NCBI GenBank assembly: GCA_965658655.1
Contig: CBFHTA010000002.1
Location: 175,841 to 239,840, forward strand
Direction of reading: 5' to 3'
DNA length: 64,000 bases
Origin: Candidatus Babelota bacterium
GTDB taxonomy: Bacteria; Babelota; Babeliae; Babelales; CAIQNR01
Of this stretch, positions 10,283-20,586 are shown piece after piece. Position numbers and translations under genes: made by a program. The notes under the pieces are model-generated. The model worked only from the letters and a program-made list of their open reading frames with translations. It had not been told where the DNA came from and made no database searches. Each line of letters begins with the position of its first letter. Within the stretch, counting starts at the first letter, position 1.

Positions 10283-10927
10283 ATGAAAGTTGGTGTTATT
10301 GGTTTAGGAAGATTTGGTTATAGTGTTGCAACTACACTATCCGAAAAAGGCATTGAAGTCTTGGCCATTGATAGTAATGAAGACATTATTTCATCTATTC
10401 GTGATTCTGTAACCCAAGCTGTATGCGCAAAAATAACAGATGAAAATTCTTTACGATCTGTAGGCGCAGACGAAATGGATACCATTATTGTAGCTATGGG
10501 TGAAAACTTTGCACAGTCTATCCTGATAACTGCACTGCTCAAGAAACGCCTACAGGTTTCTCGCGTTATTACTCGTAGTATTAACAATATTCATCGCGAG
10601 ATTGTAACACTCATTGGAGCAGACGAAACTATTATTCCAGAAGAAGATATTGGAGTGCGGCTGGCAGAACAAATTAGTTCTCCTTTCTCACAGTTCTTTC
10701 GTCTTACTGCACAATTTTCTGTGAGCCAATTAGAAGCTCCACCAAGTTTTATTGGTATTCAAGTCAATAGTCTAGAAATATTTAAAAACTATAAAGTACG
10801 TTGTATTGCTCTGAAAGAGGGAGAGACTTTTGCACCAATCGACCCTGAATACGTCATTAAAGAAGATGATATGCTTTTGATGGCTGGTCGGGAAGACGAT
10901 CTCAAGAAGATTGCACGACTCTCATAA
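10283..10927 (+). CDS. trkA: Trk/Ktr potassium uptake RCK subunit (TrkA/KtrA)
   Basis: VIGLGRFG Rossmann motif, IGADETIIPE, TrkA-C-like tail; adjacent to trkH. Confidence 0.93.
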   Translation: MKVGVIGLGRFGYSVATTLSEKGIEVLAIDSNEDIISSIRDSVTQAVCAKITDENSLRSVGADEMDTIIVAMGENFAQSILITALLKKRLQVSRVITRSINNIHREIVTLIGADETIIPEEDIGVRLAEQISSPFSQFFRLTAQFSVSQLEAPPSFIGIQVNSLEIFKNYKVRCIALKEGETFAPIDPEYVIKEDDMLLMAGREDDLKKIARLS

Positions 10928-10959
10928 AAAACAAAGTCTCATAAAAAAGGAGAAGTAGT

Positions 10960-11946
10960 ATGCTATTAGGTAGTGGTTTATTTTGTTGTTTTATTTCTAT
11001 TCTAACCTACTCAGTTTACATGGTTGCTCTTAAACCGGTAAAACACAGAATACTTACTCTTTTTTGGATAAACTGCGTTGCTTATCTGGGCTACATAACC
11101 ATTTACTTTTTTCGCAAGCTTCATCTTGAACACGATGTACGAGCACTTGAACAATTACTTTTTACATTCACCCTATCTAACGTACCCCTTTATATTTTAA
11201 TGGCATGTTTTTTCGTTGGATCATTTGTATTATTGAATTACTTAATGGATCATTTTGAAATCTCCTTAATCACTCCTGTTACCGAAATCAGCATTCTTTT
11301 TACCACAATTGGCTACCTTTTACTCGGTAATCCTTTTTCTTGGATTGTAATGCTGAGCGTAAGCATTATTTTTATAGGAGCTATTACATCGGGTATGAAA
11401 ACACTCTCTCTAGCCAACCCATTTAAAGATCTTAAACGAATTCCTCGCACACTGATTGCTGGAGGCACCCTTCAAGCATTTTTTGAATCAAGCGCCATGC
11501 TTATAACTTTTTTATGTACCCATCAAACCAATGTAAATAAAGCAATTTTCAACTTTTTAAATATTGCATTTAAAAACATTTATGATGTTCCTTTTTCATT
11601 TCACCAGCCTTTCTATTACAACGTTGGAGTAAGATTTTTCATTGTTCTTATCTTTACGCTTTATCTGCTCATTCACAAAAAATATCGAATGGAAATTATT
11701 ACCCACCCATTTGAAAATACTCAAAACACACTTACTCTAAGTCTTGTTTTTCTTATTTCAATTGTTGCTTATCAAACGGCTTATCAAGATATACCAGACA
11801 AGAATGTTTTAGTTGCTTTACGTAAATTAACTATTCCTACTATTTTATTTATTAGTTACTACACATTAGGTGAGCGAATAACACGTCCAAAACTTATTGG
11901 GTGTATTATAATTGTTCTAGGAGGAATGCTAAGCTTAACCGTGTAA
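10960..11946 (+). CDS. DMT/EamA-like multi-pass transporter, paralogue 1
   Basis: 328 aa, about 10 hydrophobic helices, C-terminal LGERITRPKLIG. Confidence 0.75.
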   Translation: MLLGSGLFCCFISILTYSVYMVALKPVKHRILTLFWINCVAYLGYITIYFFRKLHLEHDVRALEQLLFTFTLSNVPLYILMACFFVGSFVLLNYLMDHFEISLITPVTEISILFTTIGYLLLGNPFSWIVMLSVSIIFIGAITSGMKTLSLANPFKDLKRIPRTLIAGGTLQAFFESSAMLITFLCTHQTNVNKAIFNFLNIAFKNIYDVPFSFHQPFYYNVGVRFFIVLIFTLYLLIHKKYRMEIITHPFENTQNTLTLSLVFLISIVAYQTAYQDIPDKNVLVALRKLTIPTILFISYYTLGERITRPKLIGCIIIVLGGMLSLTV

Positions 11947-11968
11947 TTGTTTATAGGGAAATAATGCT

Positions 11969-12952
11969 ATGATGTCTTTATTCAATTTTTCTATCGCATT
12001 TAGTTTTGTAGTTCTATCGAGCCTTGCTGCCGTTATTTTAAAACAAGCGCCCAAAAAAAACATTTTAGTTTTGTGGACAATGCTCATCATGTTTTTTCTC
12101 GCACATGTTGCATTTATTATTCTAAAAATACAAAGTGGTATGACTCTTTACCAAACTATTCTGTTTATTCTTCCTCTATACACAGATAATATTCCTTTTT
12201 ATCTTATACGAGGAGGATCCATTATATTTGGAAATGTTTTAATTTTCTATTTACTAAATAACTTCCCCGTTTCTAAAGTTATCCTTGTGCTACAACTGGC
12301 AATTCCTATTTCAGCTATCTGTTTTACCTTACTTGGCAACCCCATTACATGGAATGCTATTTTGGGAACGGTGATTGTAACTATTGGAGCCCTTATCTCT
12401 GGATTCAAAAAATTTGAATTTCCGAATGTATTTAAACCTCTTTTAGAAATCCCCCCTAAACTTTATATCATTGGTCTTTTAAAGGCATCTGCGCGTGTAT
12501 TGGGGTCATTAATCCTCTTTATTCTTTCAACTCGAACAACAGAAACCGTTGCGCTACACCATATTCTTAAACATTCTTTATTTTTTGATTTAACGCATCT
12601 TACTTTCTATACCACACTTGACTACGCTATTGGTATGGCCCCATGGATTTTAACTACCTATTTCCTTTACTTCTTTCTGATTGAAAAAGTGCGATGGGGT
12701 GATATGACAGAGTATGCAAACAAACACACTCAATTAATACTCCTAAATGGCACAGTTATGTCTTTCAGTTATATAGCGTATGCCTATGCGTTTGGACATA
12801 TAAAAGATAAATTTTTAATGTCTGTTATGGGGAAATGCCAAATTCCTTTAACACTTATATTTGCTGTTTATCTGTTAAACGAAAAAATAACTTTCCCTCA
12901 AAAAATAGCTACTGTCTTTATTTTAGCTGGAGGCGCCATTAGCATTTTGTAA
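11969..12952 (+). CDS. DMT/EamA-like transporter, paralogue 2
   Basis: 327 aa, LLNEKITFPQKIA C-terminal motif, FEFPNVFKPL linker. Confidence 0.75.
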   Translation: MMSLFNFSIAFSFVVLSSLAAVILKQAPKKNILVLWTMLIMFFLAHVAFIILKIQSGMTLYQTILFILPLYTDNIPFYLIRGGSIIFGNVLIFYLLNNFPVSKVILVLQLAIPISAICFTLLGNPITWNAILGTVIVTIGALISGFKKFEFPNVFKPLLEIPPKLYIIGLLKASARVLGSLILFILSTRTTETVALHHILKHSLFFDLTHLTFYTTLDYAIGMAPWILTTYFLYFFLIEKVRWGDMTEYANKHTQLILLNGTVMSFSYIAYAYAFGHIKDKFLMSVMGKCQIPLTLIFAVYLLNEKITFPQKIATVFILAGGAISIL

Positions 12953-12967
12953 AAAAAGGAAAATGTA

Positions 12968-13951
12968 ATGATTTCATTGTGGCATATCGGTTGTATTTTT
13001 TCAGGAATTTTTTCCTATATCTTTTTTAATATCCAAATAAAAAAAGCTCACTCCACAACATTCACCTGTTTGAGTTCCTACATTTGTGCTAATGTCTTAT
13101 TCTTTTTGGTATTTTTCATACAAAAATGGGCAACTACAGGATCTTTTCATAACGCAAGCTCACATTTAGGAAAAATCTTTTGTACAGATATACTTTGGAG
13201 TATTATAGGAAGTCTTATCCTGCTATTAATGTCCATTATATTTGCACACTTACTCGAGAACTATCCCGTTTCAAACGTAACAATGGTGCTTCAACTCGGT
13301 GTGCCCATTAGTTCTTTTGGTTATTATCTAGTAGGCAATATAGCTTCTCCTTCACAATTCACAGGAATCATCATCATTACCCTAGGAGCAATTATTTCTG
13401 GCTTTAAACAATTTGAATTTCCTAATATTTTCAAACCGCTCCTCTCTATCCCTTTAACATTGTATGCTTTAGGAATTTTACGTAGCATTATTTCTTCAAT
13501 GGGAAAAATTGTAGTTTTTATTGTTTCACAAAAAACAACCCAAACTCTCGATTTTCATCATCTAATCAATAACTTTGATGACTTTTCCCCTGTGTCTAAT
13601 GTATTTGAGGTTGCACTAGATTTTGTAGTAGGACGTAGTCCCTTTCTAATTTTTACTTTTATTTTATACATACTTTATCTGGAACAATTTTCTTTTAAAA
13701 ATATTATTAAAAAAACCAAACAAGATGCTTACTCTATTATTACAGCAGGATTATTAATAAGTATTTATACCGGACTCTATTATTACGTCTTCCAAACAAT
13801 CGAACACAAATCTGTACTCTCTGCTCTTAATAAATTTAAAATACCATTTACCGTTATCATCGCCAGCTTCGTATTAAAGGAAAAAATTAATTTCCCCAAA
13901 AAAGTTGCCACCTTTTTAATTGTAGCAGGAGGTCTCTTAGCAGCTTTATAA
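12968..13951 (+). CDS. DMT/EamA-like transporter, paralogue 3
   Basis: 327 aa, VLKEKINFPKKVA, FEFPNIFKPL linker shared with paralogue 2. Confidence 0.75.
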   Translation: MISLWHIGCIFSGIFSYIFFNIQIKKAHSTTFTCLSSYICANVLFFLVFFIQKWATTGSFHNASSHLGKIFCTDILWSIIGSLILLLMSIIFAHLLENYPVSNVTMVLQLGVPISSFGYYLVGNIASPSQFTGIIIITLGAIISGFKQFEFPNIFKPLLSIPLTLYALGILRSIISSMGKIVVFIVSQKTTQTLDFHHLINNFDDFSPVSNVFEVALDFVVGRSPFLIFTFILYILYLEQFSFKNIIKKTKQDAYSIITAGLLISIYTGLYYYVFQTIEHKSVLSALNKFKIPFTVIIASFVLKEKINFPKKVATFLIVAGGLLAAL

Positions 13952-14047
13952 AAATTTTTTAACAAAGGTTTTTATTGTATTTGTATACTATGCAAAGAAA
14001 CAGAAATCATATGAATAAGTTCTATTATCTTCTTCAAAAATACAAAT

Positions 14048-14075
14048 AAAAAAAGCACCGATTTCTCGGTGCTTT
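14048..14075 (-). terminator. Intrinsic terminator downstream of rplU, probably bidirectional
   Basis: Perfect 10-bp stem AAAGCACCGA/TCGGTGCTTT with 4-nt loop; U-tract on the minus strand; lies between convergent genes. Confidence 0.85.
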
Positions 14076-14099
14076 AAATTTTTATACTGAATAACTTAC

Positions 14100-14492
14100 T
14101 TACTCAGCTGACTTTTCAGTTGCTTTTTTTGGAGCTGTCTTTTTAGGAGCAGTTCCAGCACCCAAAGATTCGATGCGAATAACCGTCAAACACTGTCTGT
14201 GTCCTTTTTTAACACGAGACTTCTTACGACGTTTAAATCTGAAAATGGTTAATTTAGGTCCTTTTGTTTGTTTAACAATAGACGCCTTAATTGCACCTGT
14301 GAGTGTCGGCTGACCGATTTCAAACTTATCGTCAGCGAGCTTGCGAAAGAGAACATCGCTAAATTCAACGGTATCACCATCTTGTCCAGAAAGCTTTTCT
14401 ACCGCAATTGTTTTTCCTTCGATGGCTTGGTATTGTTTACCACCTGTTTGGAAAATAGCGTATCGCTCAAACTCAGTTGTTTGTGCTGCCAT
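14100..14492 (-). CDS. rplU: 50S ribosomal protein L21 with Lys/Ala-rich C-terminal extension
   Basis: YAIFQTGGKQY, FKRRKKSRVKKGHRQ. Confidence 0.97.
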   Translation of the reverse strand: MAAQTTEFERYAIFQTGGKQYQAIEGKTIAVEKLSGQDGDTVEFSDVLFRKLADDKFEIGQPTLTGAIKASIVKQTKGPKLTIFRFKRRKKSRVKKGHRQCLTVIRIESLGAGTAPKKTAPKKATEKSAE

Positions 14493-14673
14493 GCTTATAT
14501 CCTTGCATTATAACTGATTAAAATATAACCCATAAAGAGGTTCTATACTATCAGAGAACGGTCTTTTTGTCTCGTTTTTTATTGAATATCCCACCCTCTT
14601 GCTTTTTTTTAGCCAATTAGGTAAGTTTGTGAACTTATTTTAGGGCTCATTTATACTTCAGAGGTTGAAAGCT

Positions 14674-15927
14674 ATGAAAAGAATTTTAACACTAAATAAG
14701 CTCATTTTAACTCTCATGGTCATTACTTCACCCCTCTACGCAACCATTAATACTCAAATAAATAAAACCATAGAACTTCTTAAAGAAACCGACCGTGCTC
14801 TTGAAGGCTGGTCAAAATTACAATATAAATGGCTTTGGTCAAAAAAGGACCAAGAGGCAACAATAAGCTCATCCTGCCTGAAACTTAAAAGAACTCAGCA
14901 GGAGCTCGCTACAACCCTGGCAAGGCTCAATTCTAACCCAGAACAAGACCATAAAGCCGTTTTAAGAGAAAGCGCTGCTCATATAAAGCAATATGCTCCT
15001 CCCTCCTATTTCAGAAGAAATGGGATTCGTTACGCTACTGTAGCAGTAGGTTTAATGGGTAGTGCCTATTTTCTTTCTAGAAATGGATATGATGACGAAG
15101 GGCAACATATAGTAGAAAATTTTTATACGCATCACATTACAGAACCCATAATCAATATGTATAACATTCTAACTAATAAAAATGTGAATCCTATAGTTTT
15201 AAAACAAGATCCAAAAGCCGCTCTTAAGTATATTGAACGAAAAACTAATCTTGATATTGAAAACGCAAAACGAGATCCTCGGTTAAAAGAAGTAGCCGCT
15301 AGTTGTTTAGATATTACTATTCCTGTAGAAGAAATCCCTCAAAAAGACAAAATTGCTTTCTCAAAAGCAAAAAGAACCTTTCACACTATTCGCCTTGCTG
15401 AACAAGTTGATCAATTTACGTGGATGGATGTGCTTAGCATCAAAATACCCGAAGATTTAAAGCATACTATTGAAAGTACTAACACAGTAGTCGAATGGGT
15501 TGATATAGAAAAAATGTTTCTTGCAAAGAAACTAGAAGAAATATCAAAAAAGCTTAACTTAACAATTGAATTCTTGGCAGCCACTCCCGCACTCGTTGGG
15601 TCGTATTTCTGTTTAAAATCGATAGGAAAATATTTTACCCATTATAAAGTAAATATCAGATACAAACCATTAAAAAAAATACTTATTAAGCTACAACTAC
15701 AACACAATCAAGAGCGATACACAAACCTCCCCTCTCCTGCAGTAAAAGGAATGAACATCTATTGGTTGTCACAACTTAAAGAAGCCATACCTCACATTCC
15801 TGTAGTTGACCGCACAGCTTATAGCGAGTACCTAGAACGACTCGAAGATAACACATTACAACCAAAACAGAAGATAACCATTATTGAAAACATGCTCCGA
15901 GATATTTCCTGTTTACAACAAATATAA
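14674..15927 (+). CDS. Secreted protein resembling the eukaryotic Nca2/DGS1 family
   Basis: Signal peptide; PSYFRRN + TM helix; NFYTHHITEPI; LNLTIEFLAATPAL; terminal LERLED...QKITIIENM; motif order fits my recollection of Nca2/DGS1. Confidence 0.6.
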   Translation: MKRILTLNKLILTLMVITSPLYATINTQINKTIELLKETDRALEGWSKLQYKWLWSKKDQEATISSSCLKLKRTQQELATTLARLNSNPEQDHKAVLRESAAHIKQYAPPSYFRRNGIRYATVAVGLMGSAYFLSRNGYDDEGQHIVENFYTHHITEPIINMYNILTNKNVNPIVLKQDPKAALKYIERKTNLDIENAKRDPRLKEVAASCLDITIPVEEIPQKDKIAFSKAKRTFHTIRLAEQVDQFTWMDVLSIKIPEDLKHTIESTNTVVEWVDIEKMFLAKKLEEISKKLNLTIEFLAATPALVGSYFCLKSIGKYFTHYKVNIRYKPLKKILIKLQLQHNQERYTNLPSPAVKGMNIYWLSQLKEAIPHIPVVDRTAYSEYLERLEDNTLQPKQKITIIENMLRDISCLQQI

Positions 15928-16503
15928 TTATAAAGCTTTTTTTAGTAATTGCGCAATTGGTTCATACTTAAGTTGTTTTGCAAGTTCAAAGGCACTCATA
16001 TGTTGCACTTCCTGTTGATTGTCTAATTTAAATTCACCCTTAGTGTTTTGCTTTGCACCGCGCTTAAGCAACTCCTGCACACCGCTTTGGTCTGCTTTAG
16101 AAACTGCAAGCATTAAAGCTGTATGGCCAGATTCTGTTGTGGTGTTAACATCTGCACCCTTTTCAATAGCTTCAAATGCCGCTGCTAAATTTTTTGCCTC
16201 TAAAGCATCGAGTAAATCTTGTTCCAAAACTAGGTTGTTCAACTTTTGCTTTAATGCTTCATCAGTAAAAACCAATGACGTTTTAGCACGTAATAATGTT
16301 GCATATAAACGAGGAGACACTTGCTTTGAACGCTCAAAGAGATTGGCTTTTTTGCCTTGAGGAACAAAGGTAATATAGTTAACAAAATCTGCTCGGCTTG
16401 GTGCCTTATCGGCAAGTTTATTAACCTGTCTAATTAAAATTTCTTCTGAACGAGCCTGCACACTTACAGAACACACAAAAAATATAAGAAAAAAGCGCTT
16501 CAT
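15928..16503 (-). CDS. Secreted ankyrin-repeat protein
   Basis: Signal peptide; KGADVN...GHTALMLAV...LLKRGA. Confidence 0.88.
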   Translation of the reverse strand: MKRFFLIFFVCSVSVQARSEEILIRQVNKLADKAPSRADFVNYITFVPQGKKANLFERSKQVSPRLYATLLRAKTSLVFTDEALKQKLNNLVLEQDLLDALEAKNLAAAFEAIEKGADVNTTTESGHTALMLAVSKADQSGVQELLKRGAKQNTKGEFKLDNQQEVQHMSAFELAKQLKYEPIAQLLKKAL

Positions 16504-16537
16504 AGTACCCTCTTTTAATTATTTACTTATCAGACTC

Positions 16538-17098
16538 TTACTTATCTTTCTTTTTCTTAGACTTTTTCTTTTTAGCATCTTTAGCTTTTTTATGATTTGC
16601 TTGAAGAACCTTCAAAGACTTTAAAGAAAGACTATTACTCTTTTTAGGAGCCTTCATTACACTATTGGTAACTTTCACTCCAACATCTTTAACAAGTAGA
16701 TTCACAACTCTAGCTGCTTGCGCGGGAGTCTTAGATTGTAAAGCTCCTATTAAAACACTTTCTTTACTCTTTTTTGAAACATGTCTCATTAGAATCTTAA
16801 GAGTATCTACCTGACCTGCTTGTGCTGCTAGTGTAGCCGCTTTTTTATAGTTTCCTGGAGTTATTTCACTTCCATAATTTTTAATAAGAGCCGCTAAAAC
16901 CTGATTGCTGCCTTGTTGAGCTGCATACTCTAAAACTGATTTACCTGCAATTTGCGTCTTAATGCCGTTGTGAGCATTAAGATATCCTATTACCCCTGTT
17001 GGTTGATTTTCTAAAATAGATTGTTCAATCTGCTTCTTAGAAACTGCGTGCACCCCGGTACTTAAGACTAGTAAGCTTATTGCTATTATTTTTTTCAT
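16538..17098 (-). CDS. Secreted basic protein with degenerate ankyrin-like repeats
   Basis: Signal peptide; GKSVLEYAAQQG, AATLAAQAGQVDTLKILM; poly-Lys tail. Confidence 0.7.
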   Translation of the reverse strand: MKKIIAISLLVLSTGVHAVSKKQIEQSILENQPTGVIGYLNAHNGIKTQIAGKSVLEYAAQQGSNQVLAALIKNYGSEITPGNYKKAATLAAQAGQVDTLKILMRHVSKKSKESVLIGALQSKTPAQAARVVNLLVKDVGVKVTNSVMKAPKKSNSLSLKSLKVLQANHKKAKDAKKKKSKKKKDK

Positions 17099-17116
17099 TT
17101 TTATTTTCCTCTCTTT

Positions 17117-17626
17117 TTAATTATGAAAGTCATGCTTCCATGCCGTATCAACCATTCTCTTATGAAATTTTTTAGGTTCATATACCCCTCTACGAGAATA
17201 GCATCTGTTATATGTACGCTTATAAGCCTTTATAAGACGTGCAGCTGCTTCAACCGCATTAAGAGACACATGATTTGTTTTAGTAAGATCTGTACCCACA
17301 TCAACTAGCCATTGTGTAACTTCTGGTTGTCCATAGCTCACCGCATGCATAAGTGCATTCTTACCTGTTCTATCATGTGCATTAACAAGCAACAACTTCT
17401 CTTCAGGTGTTGCTAAGGAATAATATTTTTCACGCATACCAGCAAGATTCCCTTCTTGAGCATCTTTAAACCATTTTACCTTTTTGGGGGTAGATTGAGA
17501 CATCTGCACAACCTCATGCTTTAATTGTGAGTAATAATCAAGCGTTTTAGCTGCACGAAAATAAGAAGCCTTTAAACAAGGTCCACCCAAAAAAAGTAAT
17601 GTTACTAATAACCTCTTCATCTTCAC
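17117..17626 (-). CDS. Secreted ankyrin-repeat protein
   Basis: Signal peptide; DRTGKNALMHAVSYGQPEVTQWLVDVG. Confidence 0.85.
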   Translation of the reverse strand: MKMKRLLVTLLFLGGPCLKASYFRAAKTLDYYSQLKHEVVQMSQSTPKKVKWFKDAQEGNLAGMREKYYSLATPEEKLLLVNAHDRTGKNALMHAVSYGQPEVTQWLVDVGTDLTKTNHVSLNAVEAAARLIKAYKRTYNRCYSRRGVYEPKKFHKRMVDTAWKHDFHN

Positions 17627-17819
17627 TCCTCAAATTCAATACAAAATTTTTTAAATAAATTCTTCCCTTTAGAGTAAGAACGGTGATGGTTTACTGACTT
17701 ATTTTCAAGAATACCATTCTGTTTTACATCAACCATTCCATTTTCCTTACAGTTGGTTTTCACGGTTCTTTTTCTCAACTTTCCTTTTTTTAGCAATCAT
17801 TTTTTCTGTTATATAATTT

Positions 17820-18500
17820 TTATTTGCGCTTGATATAATTTTTAAGAATTTTTATAACTTCATGCAGTTTACGCATTACTGCTTTATGATTTTTTTCAAA
17901 CTGCTTCGGAGGGTGACTATTCAAGTCTTTCTCATAAGAAGCCTTAACTGTTTTTAATAGATCATGAAAACTTCTATTAACCTTTATTTTTCCACTTTCC
18001 AACAACTTTCTTAAAACTTCAGGATGAGCTCCCACGGCGGCTAATGCAAGTGGAGTATATCCTTGAGAATTAACTACGTTTACATCCGCACCTTTTTTCA
18101 AAAGTAACTTAACAATACTCTTTTGATTATTCATAACAGCCCATAATAATGGTGTCATTTTATAACTACCCACCACATTTACTGGTTCTTTATCATTGAT
18201 TAATAATGTTGCAATTTTATTATAAGCTTGAATATCTCTACCTTCAGTAGCGTTCATACAAGCATAAAGCAAGGCTGTATTACCACTACTATCTTTTAGA
18301 CCTGGAAAAAAATTTGTTTTTAAAAGCCGCTTAACTTTAGGAACTTTACCTAACATAGCCGCCTTGATAAGCTTCTTACCGTTCGCTATAGCAACATCTT
18401 TTTTAGATTTAATAACATTTTTATTTTTATCTAACAAATCGAATGCACCGGCATTAAAACTTACACCACCTAGAACAAACAATAATAATAGTTTTTTCAT
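17820..18500 (-). CDS. Secreted ankyrin-repeat protein
   Basis: Signal peptide; GNTALLYA, MTPLLWAV...KGADVN, GYTPLALAA. Confidence 0.92.
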   Translation of the reverse strand: MKKLLLLFVLGGVSFNAGAFDLLDKNKNVIKSKKDVAIANGKKLIKAAMLGKVPKVKRLLKTNFFPGLKDSSGNTALLYACMNATEGRDIQAYNKIATLLINDKEPVNVVGSYKMTPLLWAVMNNQKSIVKLLLKKGADVNVVNSQGYTPLALAAVGAHPEVLRKLLESGKIKVNRSFHDLLKTVKASYEKDLNSHPPKQFEKNHKAVMRKLHEVIKILKNYIKRK

Positions 18501-18512
18501 TTATCTCTCCAT

Positions 18513-20579
18513 TTAAACTTGATTAATATTAGGGAAATTTTGTAAAATTATTTCTTTTCCCTCTTCTTCTAAATCTGAAGATTGTAGATAATCAAAAATA
18601 AACTGTGCCATTTCTTTATCTTTTTCTACATCTAAAGACTTGATTACTCTCATAATTCCTAAACTTTTATTTTTTATAAGTTCTTTAAGAATTTCTTGAT
18701 TTTCATCAAGAGTTATACGTACAACATCCTTTATCAACTTTTCTTGCAAACGCCCCATTCCCTTTAATCCTAGTTTTTTTCTCATAGATCTTATTTTGTT
18801 AAAATCTAAAAATAACATAAGCATGTTAAGATCATTTTTTTTAACAACCTTTCTTATAGAGCTTGCTGATGGATATACATTGTACAGTAACAATTGCAAT
18901 ACTATATCTTGTTTATCTTGAATGACTGCTTCTTCTAAAATCTCACTTGCTGGACATTTAGATGCTAGAGCCTGGAGCAAATTCAGATCATCTCTAGAAA
19001 TTACTTCTGAAACTAAATCAGTACAATCATCATTATTAATAATTAATGATTGTAATACTTTTGAAGATAAAGCACTTAATACTTTTGCTGGTACATCTAT
19101 GTTACCCGTCTTAAAAGAAGAACTTTCTAATACTTGTGACAAAAACCTCTCTTTACTCTCAAAACCCAAACTATTGAACTCTGTATCATCCATTTTTAAT
19201 GCTTCATTAACTACAGGAACCAAAAAAGCGGTCAAAGAAAAATATGGATTGTTATTTGAAAAATCAATCATTTTTTTCAAATAAGGTTTAATTTTCTCTA
19301 TTTCACTAGAGTCTTTTTTGAATCGGATTTTTGAATGCATTGAATCAAAAACCCATTCAGCATGTATTTCATAATCTTGAGAAGAATCTTTTATACCAAC
19401 CTCTACAAAAGAACGCATGTTATCTTTTATATCAACCCCTACAAGGTCATCTAATACAGGTTCTGAAATAAGCTTAAGATCAATTTTACGAACATCAGAA
19501 GAAAGATGTTCCCCAAATGATTCAAATGTGTCTGTTTTTAAACCAAATAAATAATTTAACATATCTAATGAATTTTTAGCATTACTTTCTAATTCATATC
19601 CATCGTGACAATATTTAATCCCTTTAATACCAGAAACTAAATTCATAAATTCATTTTTTGCGTTATCATAGTAATTAAAATTATTAAATCTTTTATATTT
19701 CTCAATAAATGCTTTTAATTCAAAGTTAATATTAATCCCAGGAGGCAAAAGAGAGATATCAAGTTCTTTTTTAATAGGATTATATAATAGCATATTAATA
19801 AATCCCCATAATGCTTGCTCCACACAAATAGCTACTTTATGATTGTTATAATCTGCATATAATTGCTGTCGTGGGATTAATTTTTGATAATAATTCAATT
19901 GACTATTAATGAGTAGCGAAACAACTTGCTCTGAATCTGCATTGTCAAATGATAATTGTTCATCTAATAAGTTAGTTTTCTGAGGTACAATTTCTAAACT
20001 AGTTAATCCCTTTATATAATCGGATAAATTTTGTGAATTTTCACTCATTGCCATTGCAAACATAGCAAGTATATGATCTCTTTCTTTAGAAGGTATTTTA
20101 TTTAATAATGCTACAAATTCTCTTATCTTCTTTTTAAAACCCTTAAATTTCAATCCTTTTTCTTTATGTAGCGCACGCCATTCTTCCCCTATATCAGACG
20201 CTAAAAAATCCTCAACATCAATATTTTCAATCTGAGCCTTTACAAATGCACCAAACAATTTTGGAGTTATAGAATAAAAAGGATTACTTGGTCGAGCTGT
20301 CTTTCGTAATCGACTATCCAAACAATTAAAAAGTAAATGTGCTAATCGACCACGATCAGTTGGGGTATCCCCTTCTCCCTCACTATATATTGCCTTCCCC
20401 CATTCACCTTCTAAGCCTATCAATCCTACTAATGGAGAATACATCTTTTTATCATCAGGTAATGATGTAAATAAATTACCACTATATAAATGACGTTGAG
20501 ATGCCCAATCAGCTGTTTGCACAGGCAAAACAATTAAAAAAGCCACCAATAAAAAGAAAAAGCGTTTTGATATTTCCAT
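18513..20579 (-). CDS. Large secreted hypothetical protein, paralogue of 36687..38442, with degenerate helical/ankyrin-like C-terminus
   Basis: Likely start MEISKRFFF at 20579; shares VAICxExALW, YxLESN and LNYLF blocks with the paralogue. Confidence 0.8.
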   Translation of the reverse strand: MEISKRFFFLLVAFLIVLPVQTADWASQRHLYSGNLFTSLPDDKKMYSPLVGLIGLEGEWGKAIYSEGEGDTPTDRGRLAHLLFNCLDSRLRKTARPSNPFYSITPKLFGAFVKAQIENIDVEDFLASDIGEEWRALHKEKGLKFKGFKKKIREFVALLNKIPSKERDHILAMFAMAMSENSQNLSDYIKGLTSLEIVPQKTNLLDEQLSFDNADSEQVVSLLINSQLNYYQKLIPRQQLYADYNNHKVAICVEQALWGFINMLLYNPIKKELDISLLPPGININFELKAFIEKYKRFNNFNYYDNAKNEFMNLVSGIKGIKYCHDGYELESNAKNSLDMLNYLFGLKTDTFESFGEHLSSDVRKIDLKLISEPVLDDLVGVDIKDNMRSFVEVGIKDSSQDYEIHAEWVFDSMHSKIRFKKDSSEIEKIKPYLKKMIDFSNNNPYFSLTAFLVPVVNEALKMDDTEFNSLGFESKERFLSQVLESSSFKTGNIDVPAKVLSALSSKVLQSLIINNDDCTDLVSEVISRDDLNLLQALASKCPASEILEEAVIQDKQDIVLQLLLYNVYPSASSIRKVVKKNDLNMLMLFLDFNKIRSMRKKLGLKGMGRLQEKLIKDVVRITLDENQEILKELIKNKSLGIMRVIKSLDVEKDKEMAQFIFDYLQSSDLEEEGKEIILQNFPNINQV

Positions 20580-20586
20580 TTTCAAC

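Noticed and set aside
17630..17819. Possible small gene or pseudogene between ankyrin genes
   Set aside because: Only very short broken frames with no recognisable similarity.
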